Source of the DNA: a virus
Lineage: Duplodnaviria; Caudoviricetes
Reading direction: 5' to 3' (one strand)
IMG/VR virus record: IMGVR_UViG_3300021959_007005
Length of the DNA stretch: 64,000 nucleotides
The notes under the pieces were generated by a model that worked only from the letters and a program-made list of their open reading frames with translations, was not told the origin of the DNA and searched no databases. Made by a program: the position numbers and the translations under genes. Positions 33,642 to 42,853 of the stretch are shown one piece after another (position 1 is the first letter of the stretch; every line of letters begins with the position of its first letter).

Positions 33642-34760
33642 ATGGAAATGAAAATAACTAAAGAACTGAAACAACTAGATAAAATGTTTACTAAGTCTGG
33701 CTACGACATACGAGTTGTAGGTGGTGCAGTAAGAGATCTCGCATTAGGTAAAGATCCAAAAGATATAGACCTTGCAACAAACGCAACCCCCACAGAAATG
33801 CAAAAAATGTTTGACAGCTCAGGCGTTAAGCATATACCGTCAGGCATTGAACATGGCACTATAACTGCCATAATCAACGGCGAGGAGTTTGAAATAACCA
33901 CACTAAGAGCAGACGTGGAAACAGACGGTAGGCATGCAGAAGTGGAGTTTGTACGTAGTTGGAAAGAAGATGCTAAACGCAGAGACTTAACGTACAATGC
34001 AATGAGCATGGATTTTGATGGTAAACTATATGATTACTTTGGTGGTATGGATGACTTACAAAACAAAGTAAGCCGTTTTGTCGGTGATCCTGCAGCACGT
34101 ATACAAGAAGATTATTTGCGTATATTAAGGTATTTCCGTTTCCAAGGAAGAATGGATACGCCAAAGTTTGAAAAAGATACAATGAAATCTATAGCAGATA
34201 ATGTTTCTGGACTAAAGCAGTTGAGTGTTGAACGTGTTTGGATGGAAATAAGCAAGATACTTAGTGGTGGAAATATACAGCAAGTACTTAGTGCTATGTC
34301 ACATACTGGTGTAACTAATTCTTTAAATTTACAAGTGCAAAATATAGATAAAGTACAAGATGGCGGAGATCCTATTATAAATCTTGCTAGAATAACTAAC
34401 GATGAATCAGTAGGCAAGCGTTGGAAGATGAGCAATGATGAAAAATCAAAGCTAGGGTTCCTAATACAAAACAAAGGGCAAACACACGATAAAAAGTGGT
34501 TTACTGATCAAATGGCAGACGGATTTAATAGAGATTTGTTGGATGCACTTGCTAGGTTTAATCATCAAGACGATATGATACAGCATGTTAAATCATTCAA
34601 AGCACCTGAGTTTCCAGTTACTGGAAATGACTTGATGAAACTAGGACATGCACGTGGTCCTGGTATAGGAAAAACGTTGCAGTCAATGAGAGATCAATGG
34701 AAAAAAGGTAACTTTGATTTAAGTAAAGACGATTTGCTAAAGAGTGTAAGTAAAGAATAA
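33642..34760 (+). CDS. cca: Class II CCA-adding tRNA nucleotidyltransferase
   Basis: VGGAVRD...DIDLAT; GIEHGT; EITTLR; EDAKRRDLTYNAM; RIQEDYLRILRYFRF; TTGACA at 33583. Confidence 0.9.
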   Translation: MEMKITKELKQLDKMFTKSGYDIRVVGGAVRDLALGKDPKDIDLATNATPTEMQKMFDSSGVKHIPSGIEHGTITAIINGEEFEITTLRADVETDGRHAEVEFVRSWKEDAKRRDLTYNAMSMDFDGKLYDYFGGMDDLQNKVSRFVGDPAARIQEDYLRILRYFRFQGRMDTPKFEKDTMKSIADNVSGLKQLSVERVWMEISKILSGGNIQQVLSAMSHTGVTNSLNLQVQNIDKVQDGGDPIINLARITNDESVGKRWKMSNDEKSKLGFLIQNKGQTHDKKWFTDQMADGFNRDLLDALARFNHQDDMIQHVKSFKAPEFPVTGNDLMKLGHARGPGIGKTLQSMRDQWKKGNFDLSKDDLLKSVSKE

Positions 34761-34788
34761 ATACACTTAGTAAATAAAGGCCCTTTAC

Positions 34789-36723
34789 ATGAGACTTAAT
34801 GAATTAACAGAAGCATTAGATAATCCATATCCATACACCTGGTACGAGCGTAGTAATGATACATGGACTGCATATGCAGAATTGAATTCAGAACGTTCAT
34901 CTGATGGAAGAGATGACGAAGACGCAACACTTAGAATAATAGCTGACAGAGTTTCAGGCGGTGATGACTGGGACGATGATGAGCGTGTGGTTCCTACCAT
35001 TTGGGAACTTAGCTTTATGACTGGTTATAAAACTCACAAGACCGGTGCAGGTGATCAATTTAGAATTTTTGCTACAGTGGTTGCCGCATTTACTGATTGG
35101 TGGAAACAAATGGGATCAAAAGTAAATGATATTGACGAACTTGAATTTACCGCAGATAAAGCAAAAGATGGTAAAAGCAGAGCAGTACTATATGCTAGAT
35201 TTGCTAAAAAGTTTGCACAAATGACTGGCTTTAATTTAGAAACTAAGCAAGATAGTTATCAGGATGTCTTTACGTTTGTAAATCCACAAAGTAGTTTTGC
35301 TGAGGCTTCAGTTACTGAAGTATCAAAAGAAGAGTTTGATGCTATTCAGAATGGATACGTTGATATTGAGTTTGATAAGAAGTGGTGGCCACTAGACGAT
35401 GATTACCCACTGATCAAACATATCGGTAAAGCAATCGGCGCAACTAGTTGGACTAGTTGGGGTAAAGTTGGTGTCCCATGGTCAGAAAAAGAAATGATCG
35501 GTGGCGGTGGCACATATATGCTTAAAGGTGATTTCGGTCATATCTTGTTGGATGCGGCTAAGAGTTTTAGCCCAGAACAAATTTTAATGGCACAAATATC
35601 AACTTCTAATCGTGGTGGTGGCGTCGGCGTTAAAGTTATGAACGCAATAAAGTCATATGCCGATCAAAAGGGTTTGCCAATAACAATATATAAAGTAACT
35701 AATCAGAAGTTTTTTGACAAGTTTGAATGGTTAGAAAAGACAGGTGCTGATACATACGAATATAAACTTAGTAGTTTTGCTGAGGCTTCAGTTACTGAAG
35801 AGGTAAGTCTTCCAGAAGATATCTTTCATATGAAAAACAGATTGCTAAAAGTTAAAAAAATAACTGATGCAATGGGTAATCGTCCAATAATGTTTAGAAG
35901 TTTTGTATATGACGCAGATCGTATTGGAAAAATTATTAAAAAGGTAACTAATGATAGTGGCAGAAAAATAAAAACTGGAAGCAATCAAAAACAACAAGAA
36001 GTCTTACAAAAACTTGGTGTCAACAATCCAACATTTGCAAACCTTGCAGCAGGAAAGCATGCAGATGTTCGCAGAACCTCACTTGAGGATCATGGGGTAG
36101 CTGGATTGCAAAACATTTTTATCCCAATAAGCAACGAAATATATTACAGTGATGCAGTTGAAGACTTGGGCATGGGTCGCTCAACAGGTGGAAAAAATAT
36201 TTCATTGCAAAGTGACTTTGATGTAGATAAAGCAGTAGCCAGTTATAAAAAAGGGTGGCCACCTGCTGGATTTGATAACGAAATAATTGTAGATACTGAT
36301 AAGTATTATCTTCTAAACTTGCAGTCTTTTTTATTAGAACTAACAAGTCCTGATATTAAAGATCAGATTAAACGTTTAAAAAGAGAATATGATAAGTCAT
36401 ATTCTAGCAATGCATCAAAAAATCAGGTCGATGATATTTTAAAAGATCTGTTTAAAACAAAAATAATGACATATAGTAATATATCACGCTGGATCGAAAG
36501 TGTTGCTATTCCTTTTGTAGATATGCTTGGAGCCAGTAGTGTACAAGAAAACTTTGCTGACGGTAAAGTAAAAGGCAAAAGTAGACCAGGGCGTGTAAAA
36601 CGTAGTGGTGCAAGTTGTAATGGTAGTGTAACAGAACTAAGAGCCAAAGCAAAAAAAGCCAGCGGTGAAAAAGCAAAAATGTATCACTGGTGCGCCAACA
36701 TGAAGGCTGGTAAGAAGAAATGA
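34789..36723 (+). CDS. Modular multi-domain (polyprotein-like) virion-type protein including a GNAT-like module
   Basis: MRLNELTE tag; SSFAEASVTE linker occurs twice; RGGGVGVKVMNAI acetyl-CoA-binding-like motif; basic Cys-containing C-module after VQE. Confidence 0.7.
   Translation: MRLNELTEALDNPYPYTWYERSNDTWTAYAELNSERSSDGRDDEDATLRIIADRVSGGDDWDDDERVVPTIWELSFMTGYKTHKTGAGDQFRIFATVVAAFTDWWKQMGSKVNDIDELEFTADKAKDGKSRAVLYARFAKKFAQMTGFNLETKQDSYQDVFTFVNPQSSFAEASVTEVSKEEFDAIQNGYVDIEFDKKWWPLDDDYPLIKHIGKAIGATSWTSWGKVGVPWSEKEMIGGGGTYMLKGDFGHILLDAAKSFSPEQILMAQISTSNRGGGVGVKVMNAIKSYADQKGLPITIYKVTNQKFFDKFEWLEKTGADTYEYKLSSFAEASVTEEVSLPEDIFHMKNRLLKVKKITDAMGNRPIMFRSFVYDADRIGKIIKKVTNDSGRKIKTGSNQKQQEVLQKLGVNNPTFANLAAGKHADVRRTSLEDHGVAGLQNIFIPISNEIYYSDAVEDLGMGRSTGGKNISLQSDFDVDKAVASYKKGWPPAGFDNEIIVDTDKYYLLNLQSFLLELTSPDIKDQIKRLKREYDKSYSSNASKNQVDDILKDLFKTKIMTYSNISRWIESVAIPFVDMLGASSVQENFADGKVKGKSRPGRVKRSGASCNGSVTELRAKAKKASGEKAKMYHWCANMKAGKKK
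35290..35800 (+). repeat. Perfect 31-bp direct repeat pair (35290-35320 and 35770-35800), 480 bp apart, in frame
   Basis: AGTAGTTTTGCTGAGGCTTCAGTTACTGAAG at both positions. Confidence 0.95.
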
Positions 36724-36908
36724 GATTTCGAGAACTAACTGAAGATGGAAAAATTGTTCCAGGGGTAAATACTACAGTTGATGTACAACCTGGCGAAACT
36801 GAAAGACAAGCAAAGAAATTGTTTCCTATGAATAAAGACGGAAAGCCCAAGCCATTGGGTGTAAAAGGTGCTACGCCTCATCAAGCATTTAACTTGGGAC
36901 TAGATTAA
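36720..36908 (+). CDS. Small virion-type protein
   Basis: MRFRELTE tag; IVPGVNTTVDV module; ATGA overlap. Confidence 0.7.
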   Translation: MRFRELTEDGKIVPGVNTTVDVQPGETERQAKKLFPMNKDGKPKPLGVKGATPHQAFNLGLD

Positions 36909-37771
36909 TGAAGATTAACGAAATTTTTGAAAATATGAGTTATACTGGCACTGCATTAAAAAAAGCAGAGCGTAAAAAGGGTATACAGCCAGGGACGACT
37001 GAATGGTTCCAACATTGGTTTGAGTTGCCTTATATGAAAGAAGATGTGTCACAAGGACAATTAAATGCTTTAGAAAAAATTGTTGATAAAGTATTTGCTC
37101 GTGTTGGTATTGATGTGGAATTTACACGTCACTTTTTAGATAGAGTAAATGATGAACGTAACGGCGAGCCTATTAGTATACAAGAGTTGGGAAGATTATT
37201 TGCTAAAGAATATAAGCAATGGGGGAAGCCAATTGCACAAATGGGTCCAAACCAAGCAATAATGAAAGATTTAGAAAGTGATATTAATGTACCATTTGTA
37301 TTAGAAATTAACCCACGTACTAAAATGCTTGACTTAGTTGCCAAGAGTGTTATGCGTAAGAAAGATTTCAGAACAAGTAATAAGGTATTTGCTGTTGAAG
37401 ACTTTGGCAGTTTGCCTAGTTTAGTAGATTTAATTTTACTTGCTGTTGCACTAAAGACAACAGTAGCTGGTGTCAGAGTATTGTTCAAAACTGCACAAGG
37501 ATATAGAAAATTACTTCGTGCTGCAGATTCAGTTGGTGTTAAACTAGCAAACAAACTGCAAAGAGAAGATACTAAAGATGAAATGATGGATAGAATTTTG
37601 GCTAGTCAAAAGAATCGTTTTTGGGATGCCGCAGTAGAAGCATTGCATCGTTTAGTAACATCACAGTCAGGACGCCAAAGTTTAGGCGGTTATGCATTTG
37701 ATATTTCTAAAAGTTTCAAAGATATGGATTCTAAAGAACTGATATCTGCATATAGACAAAAATATTCATAG
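36908..37771 (+). CDS. Modular virion-type protein, central domain possibly an RNase-like fold
   Basis: MKINEIFE tag; modules separated at KE/VE/RE; central FTRHFLDRVNDERN...VMRK. Confidence 0.6.
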   Translation: MKINEIFENMSYTGTALKKAERKKGIQPGTTEWFQHWFELPYMKEDVSQGQLNALEKIVDKVFARVGIDVEFTRHFLDRVNDERNGEPISIQELGRLFAKEYKQWGKPIAQMGPNQAIMKDLESDINVPFVLEINPRTKMLDLVAKSVMRKKDFRTSNKVFAVEDFGSLPSLVDLILLAVALKTTVAGVRVLFKTAQGYRKLLRAADSVGVKLANKLQREDTKDEMMDRILASQKNRFWDAAVEALHRLVTSQSGRQSLGGYAFDISKSFKDMDSKELISAYRQKYS

Positions 37772-37816
37772 ACTTACAAAAAAACACATGTTATAATAAT
37801 TAAAAATGGAGTTACT

Positions 37817-38722
37817 ATGAAAATAGCTATAATGCTTAGTGGGCAAGCTAGATATCTCGAACAAAGTGCTGAATGGTGGCAAAAAGTGTTTCCTAAAATA
37901 ACTGGATCACATATAGAGGTTGATTTTTTCTGTCATTTTTGGGAAGAACCGGGAAGAGACTTATATGAAGAATGTCAACGCCTATTTAACCCAGTTAAAT
38001 GTTTTATACAGTCTTATGATGATGTTTTTTATCCACATATGTATGCTATTCAAAATCTAAATAAAAAATATGATAAGCATACGGAACTAGTACCTAACGA
38101 TGTTAGGTCTACTTTATTATTTCCAGGAAGTGAACTTAGTACATATGCATATAATTTTCATGCGATGTTTTTAAGTGCATCTGCAATAGGAAAAATGTGT
38201 GGAGAGTTGACTGAATATGACTTTGTTATTAAAACAAGAAGTGATACAGTGTTTAATCCAATGGCCGAACATCATTGGATGAATTTATTACACAATATGA
38301 GAAAAGATATATACAACAATATTATATTTTCTCCTTGGATGCGTTTACATAACGGAAGCGGCTATTTTGGTGATTTGGCATTTATTTCTGCTCCATCTAC
38401 TATGTATAGATATTTAAAAAACTTAGACGATAATCTTATTAATGTGTGTACCAAATATAAATTTCTGTTTGGTGAAAGATTAATAGAATCTAGCTCTCCA
38501 ATTGCCCATTGGATGTGGCATAGATTAAGTATGGAATCTAAGGTTGATTGGCTTGCAATTAGTGTAGTTTGGCCTACACCATTTAATGCAGCATTAATAA
38601 GGAATAACGAACCAGTTACTAATTTTGATTTTGATACTATGCTAGAAAAGTATAAAAATGAAGAGGATTCGAGACATGCGGAAATGCATAAAAAAGATCT
38701 TATTAAACCAAGGTCAACTTAG
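37817..38722 (+). CDS. Hypothetical glycosyltransferase/polysaccharide-biosynthesis-like protein
   Basis: MKIAIMLSGQAR...VDFFCHFW...YDFVIKTRSD pattern; sigma70-like TATAAT upstream. Confidence 0.55.
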   Translation: MKIAIMLSGQARYLEQSAEWWQKVFPKITGSHIEVDFFCHFWEEPGRDLYEECQRLFNPVKCFIQSYDDVFYPHMYAIQNLNKKYDKHTELVPNDVRSTLLFPGSELSTYAYNFHAMFLSASAIGKMCGELTEYDFVIKTRSDTVFNPMAEHHWMNLLHNMRKDIYNNIIFSPWMRLHNGSGYFGDLAFISAPSTMYRYLKNLDDNLINVCTKYKFLFGERLIESSSPIAHWMWHRLSMESKVDWLAISVVWPTPFNAALIRNNEPVTNFDFDTMLEKYKNEEDSRHAEMHKKDLIKPRST

Positions 38723-38733
38723 CGGACAATTAG

Positions 38734-38741
38734 TATAAATA
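38734..38741 (+). promoter_or_regulatory. T4-type late promoter TATAAATA
   Basis: Exact consensus, 5 nt before the ATG at 38747. Confidence 0.6.
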
Positions 38742-38746
38742 ACTAT

Positions 38747-38941
38747 ATGAAAGTCTGGGAAGTCATAAAAGAAGATACTACTTCTGGCGTATTTGCCAGT
38801 GTTGCTATGCCACTGTTTACAGGAAAAAAAGGCAAAGCACATCACAAGGCTGCACGAAAAGCAGTAGGATTAGAAGACACAGGAAAAAACAAACCTGTTG
38901 TTCCAGGCTATCCAAATAACATGATTCGGAGAGTCAAATGA
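38747..38941 (+). CDS. Small virion-type protein
   Basis: MKVWEVIKE tag. Confidence 0.7.
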   Translation: MKVWEVIKEDTTSGVFASVAMPLFTGKKGKAHHKAARKAVGLEDTGKNKPVVPGYPNNMIRRVK

Positions 38942-39405
38942 GACTAAACACATTAAACACAAATAAAGCGCCTAAAGCAGTACCAATGGTTGTCAAAGAA
39001 AATGCTGGGTATGCAGTTAAAGATATAAATGGTATTACAAGGAAACTATTTGACGATATTGATATTGCAAATCATTATATGAAACGTCACAATAAAGAAC
39101 TTAGAGAAGGTGTCGAGCCAGTTGTATACATGAGTGAAATTATGGAAGGTGTTCTTGATAGCACTGACGATGATGGATGGATGGCAAAAGGACAACTATA
39201 TCAACTTAGTAAGTATAGTGTAGAGTTACACGGAATGATTCAAGACACGGATAATTTAGAGCCTTGGGTACAAGCAAAAATTACTAAAGCAGCAGATTAT
39301 ATTAGTGCAGTTAAACATTATATGGAATATCTAGTAATTAATGATCAACAATCTGACGCACCAGTAGTAATAGATGACCTTCCTGACGACGAATTTGAAA
39401 TGTAA
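38938..39405 (+). CDS. Conserved hypothetical virion-type protein
   Basis: MAKGQLY...LEPWVQAKITKAADYISAVKHYMEY helical module. Confidence 0.7.
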   Translation: MRLNTLNTNKAPKAVPMVVKENAGYAVKDINGITRKLFDDIDIANHYMKRHNKELREGVEPVVYMSEIMEGVLDSTDDDGWMAKGQLYQLSKYSVELHGMIQDTDNLEPWVQAKITKAADYISAVKHYMEYLVINDQQSDAPVVIDDLPDDEFEM

Positions 39406-41102
39406 TGCGTTTTACGGAGTTCACTGATCTAACTGAAGGCCTCCCTGCTTTAAATCAAGGTGGGGTGTTTGGCTCTGGGTTAGATCCACAGCAATTCCAA
39501 CAACGCTACGGGGTTTCTGCAGCTAATGCATCAAACGCAGTTAAGAATGTAGTTAAATTATCGCCGGGATTTAAAAGTCCCCAAATGAAAAATGCACTAC
39601 AGAGTTATTTTTTAGAAAACCCTAAATCACTTCAAGCAGCTAATCAAAATTTCAACCCACAAGGTCAATTAAAATCAAACGTAAAGCCTGGATTATTCAA
39701 AGGGTTGCTAGGTAAAGCATTTGGTGCCATTGGATTAATATTCACTCCTAGTGCTACAAACCAGGGAGAAGACCAAGCAGTAAGACAAATGGAAGCTGTT
39801 TGGAAATTTACAAGATATTTGTTAAAAAATGCACCCAAGGAATACATTAAGTTTTATAATGATGAATGGGATGCATTAACCCCAAAAGAAAAAGAAACAA
39901 ACGCACAATGGAACCCAACAGAGTCTGACGAATATAAGCAAGCTCAAGAAATAGTACGTATGTTAGGCAAAAATACTACTGATTTTTCTCCTAACGAAGA
40001 TCCCACCCCAGATGAAGTTAGCCCACAAGTCCAACCAGATTGGTGGCCGGAGGATTTACCTTTTAATCCAGAGACATTGCCAGAGCCAGATACTCGTCCT
40101 GAAACGAAACCAATAACACAACCGGATATTCCTACTGTACCAGAGAAACCAACAACACCAGAACCAGATGACGCACCAGAACCAAAAGTTAATCCAAAGT
40201 CTCCTGATGTAGATCCAACTCCTCCGAAGCAACCAAGCGATCCAAAAATAGAACCAGACAAAAAACCTCAATCAGAACCAATAACGCCGCCTAAGTTTCC
40301 AGGTATTCCTGTACTACCTGATGCGCCTGGGCCTGAGACACCATTGGAAATTCCAGAACCAGATGTGGATCCAACTTCTCCGGAGCAACCAATAGTACCT
40401 GATCCACTGCCAGTACCGGGACCTGAATTAGATCCTAAAGCACCGGAACAGCCACTGACACCAGAAGTGCCTGATAATGCTCCAATTGTGCTTCCTAGAA
40501 TTTCGCCAGACGCTGATCCGCAATTTGATCCAACCCCAATGCCTGTTATTCCTCTACCGGATCCATCACCAGTACCTAGTACAACTCCATCAGATCCAGC
40601 AGCACCACCTAAGCCACAACCCAAACCAGAGCCTGGGCCTAATATAAATCCGCTGGCACCTTCTCAACCAAACACTCCAAAAATAGATCCAAATACTAAT
40701 CCTAAATCAGACCCAATTACACAACCAGATATTCCTACTACGCCAGCTCAACCGGAAGCTCCTAAACCAGATGATGCACCAGCAACTCAGCCTGCACCAA
40801 AGCCAGCACCTAAGCCAGTACCGAAACCTAAGCCAGCACCGAAACCTAAGCCAGTACCGAAACCTAAGCCAGCACCGAAACCAAAACCCAAGCCTGCACC
40901 CAAAGTTGCACCTACACCTAAGGTACAACCAATACCTAAAACTGGTGGGGGAAGAGGTGGTAGGCCACCACGTATAAGACCACGTAAAAGAATCGGGTTA
41001 CCTCCATTTAGTGCAAAGGGTGATAACAAAAAATGGGTACCATTTGATTTTGTAAACGTAAGAGATCCGTTAGATCTTGGCAGAGCGGCAAGACGTAGCT
41101 AA
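39405..41102 (+). CDS. Pro-rich extended protein
   Basis: MRFTEFTDLTE tag; about 300 aa of P/E/D/K low complexity with PKPAP/PKPVP repeats. Confidence 0.75.
   Translation: MRFTEFTDLTEGLPALNQGGVFGSGLDPQQFQQRYGVSAANASNAVKNVVKLSPGFKSPQMKNALQSYFLENPKSLQAANQNFNPQGQLKSNVKPGLFKGLLGKAFGAIGLIFTPSATNQGEDQAVRQMEAVWKFTRYLLKNAPKEYIKFYNDEWDALTPKEKETNAQWNPTESDEYKQAQEIVRMLGKNTTDFSPNEDPTPDEVSPQVQPDWWPEDLPFNPETLPEPDTRPETKPITQPDIPTVPEKPTTPEPDDAPEPKVNPKSPDVDPTPPKQPSDPKIEPDKKPQSEPITPPKFPGIPVLPDAPGPETPLEIPEPDVDPTSPEQPIVPDPLPVPGPELDPKAPEQPLTPEVPDNAPIVLPRISPDADPQFDPTPMPVIPLPDPSPVPSTTPSDPAAPPKPQPKPEPGPNINPLAPSQPNTPKIDPNTNPKSDPITQPDIPTTPAQPEAPKPDDAPATQPAPKPAPKPVPKPKPAPKPKPVPKPKPAPKPKPKPAPKVAPTPKVQPIPKTGGGRGGRPPRIRPRKRIGLPPFSAKGDNKKWVPFDFVNVRDPLDLGRAARRS
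40791..40904 (+). repeat. 18-bp coding tandem repeat (PKPKPA/PKPKPV)
   Basis: Units such as CCGAAACCTAAGCCAG(C/T)A. Confidence 0.85.
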
Positions 41103-41124
41103 ATAATACTGTTAAGGATGTACC

Positions 41125-42849
41125 ATGGATAGTTTAACAGAAGCACAAATAATAGAAGCACAAGTACAAGAAATAATAGATGAAGCAGAACAACTCAATG
41201 AGTTCTTGCCACTAATACCATTGGCTATTTGGGCAGGTGGTGCTGCATGGACAGCCTACGATGTTTATCGTACTGCAAAACAATACAAAGCAGGTGAAAT
41301 TACCAAAGGTGAAGTTGCTAAACGAGTTGGTACTGATGTTGCATTAAGTATCGCTGGAGGAGCAATAGCCAAGGGTTTAATTAAAGGTGGAAAAGTTGGT
41401 TACGGCGTAATTAAAAAAGTAGTTGACAAAAGTAAAGAAAAGTTCGATGTAGTTGATCGAGCAAATAAAAGAGGGCGTACTACTAAGGATATAACAATTG
41501 GTGGTCAAAAAATAGTTGATCCTACTAAAGTAACTACAGCACGTGGTGCTGATGGTAAGATGAGAGCATTAACTAAAGCAGAGAAAAAAGCATTAGCAAG
41601 GGCTAGTGATACTAGAAGTACTGCCGCAAAAGCAATTGATGCGGTTTCTGCACCAGTTAAGGCGGTTACTGGGTTGGGTAAAGGTGGACTTGACAGAAAA
41701 ATGGGCACTGCTACAAGTAATGTTGTTAAAAAAATTACTGACCCCTTAATGAAAAAGAAAAATATTCCTACAGTAGCAATAGATCCTTTAACCAAAAAGT
41801 TTAAAAAATTAGATGGACCAATTGATGACAGAACTAGATTAGCTAAAGTTATTGACGCACCAAAAGCTGGACTGGATGCTCTAAGAAAAGTAGATGACTT
41901 TATTGGTGATATACCTGGCAACATTGCAAGAAAAACTATAGACACAGTAACACAGAATCCAATTGCTAAAGCAGAAAAAGCTAGACGTAAAGCAGCTAAA
42001 CAAATTAGAGCGGCGGATGCAGTCGCAGCAAGAGCCGCTAAAGAAATTGATAAGCAAATGCAGCAAGCAAAAGACTTGCGTAAACGTGATGCAACACAAC
42101 GTATTAGATCTGCTGATGCGGATGCGGCAGCTGCCGCTAAAAAAGCAGCAAAGAGTGCAGATGAATTTAAACGTAATGCAGCTCAACGTAATGCTAGTGC
42201 CGCAATGCGTAATGCAGATAACATCGCAGTTAAGCAAGCAACTAGGCAAGCAGCAGACCAAAAAGCAAATGCCGCCAAAAGAAGTGCATCAGCAGCAATA
42301 CGTAAAGCAGATAAAATTGCTACAGACAGAGCATCTGATGTAGCCGCATTTAAACGTAATGCAGCTCAAAGAACAGCTTCAACTAGGATGCGTAGTGCAG
42401 ATAAAATTGCTACTAGACGAGCTGATGATCTAGCAGTAAATGATAAAAGAAGAGCGGCAGCAGCCACAATTAGAAAAGCAGACTCAGATGCAATTAAAAA
42501 AGCAAAAGAGATAGAAATTGCTGCTAAAAAGAAACGAGCAGATGCTGTGGCAGCAAGAGCTGCTAAAAAAGCAGATGCAGAAGCACGTATTAAGAAAGCT
42601 GATGCCGCCGCAGCGAAGAGATTAGGCAAAAAGACAGATGCTGGTGAAATCGCTGCAAGAGTAGCTGCAAGACGTGCAGCCAGAAAAGTTGATGGTAAGA
42701 CAAAAATGGCCAAGCGTGTGGGAAGAAGAGTTGACAAATTAATTCCAGGCGGTAAATCTGGTGGTGGCGCTCCAGCAGCTTCATGGCAGTCATTTTCGCC
42801 AGTCGCAGTAAATGATCCACTAAATTTGTCAAGAGCTAATAAAGGGTAA
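41125..42849 (+). CDS. Lys/Arg/Ala-rich basic protein (histone-H1-like composition)
   Basis: CTAAATAA box; acidic N-tag ending LNE, hydrophobic FLPLIPLAIWAGGAAW, then FKRNAAQR.AS..MR.AD.IA repeats. Confidence 0.75.
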   Translation: MDSLTEAQIIEAQVQEIIDEAEQLNEFLPLIPLAIWAGGAAWTAYDVYRTAKQYKAGEITKGEVAKRVGTDVALSIAGGAIAKGLIKGGKVGYGVIKKVVDKSKEKFDVVDRANKRGRTTKDITIGGQKIVDPTKVTTARGADGKMRALTKAEKKALARASDTRSTAAKAIDAVSAPVKAVTGLGKGGLDRKMGTATSNVVKKITDPLMKKKNIPTVAIDPLTKKFKKLDGPIDDRTRLAKVIDAPKAGLDALRKVDDFIGDIPGNIARKTIDTVTQNPIAKAEKARRKAAKQIRAADAVAARAAKEIDKQMQQAKDLRKRDATQRIRSADADAAAAAKKAAKSADEFKRNAAQRNASAAMRNADNIAVKQATRQAADQKANAAKRSASAAIRKADKIATDRASDVAAFKRNAAQRTASTRMRSADKIATRRADDLAVNDKRRAAAATIRKADSDAIKKAKEIEIAAKKKRADAVAARAAKKADAEARIKKADAAAAKRLGKKTDAGEIAARVAARRAARKVDGKTKMAKRVGRRVDKLIPGGKSGGGAPAASWQSFSPVAVNDPLNLSRANKG

Positions 42850-42853
42850 TAAG

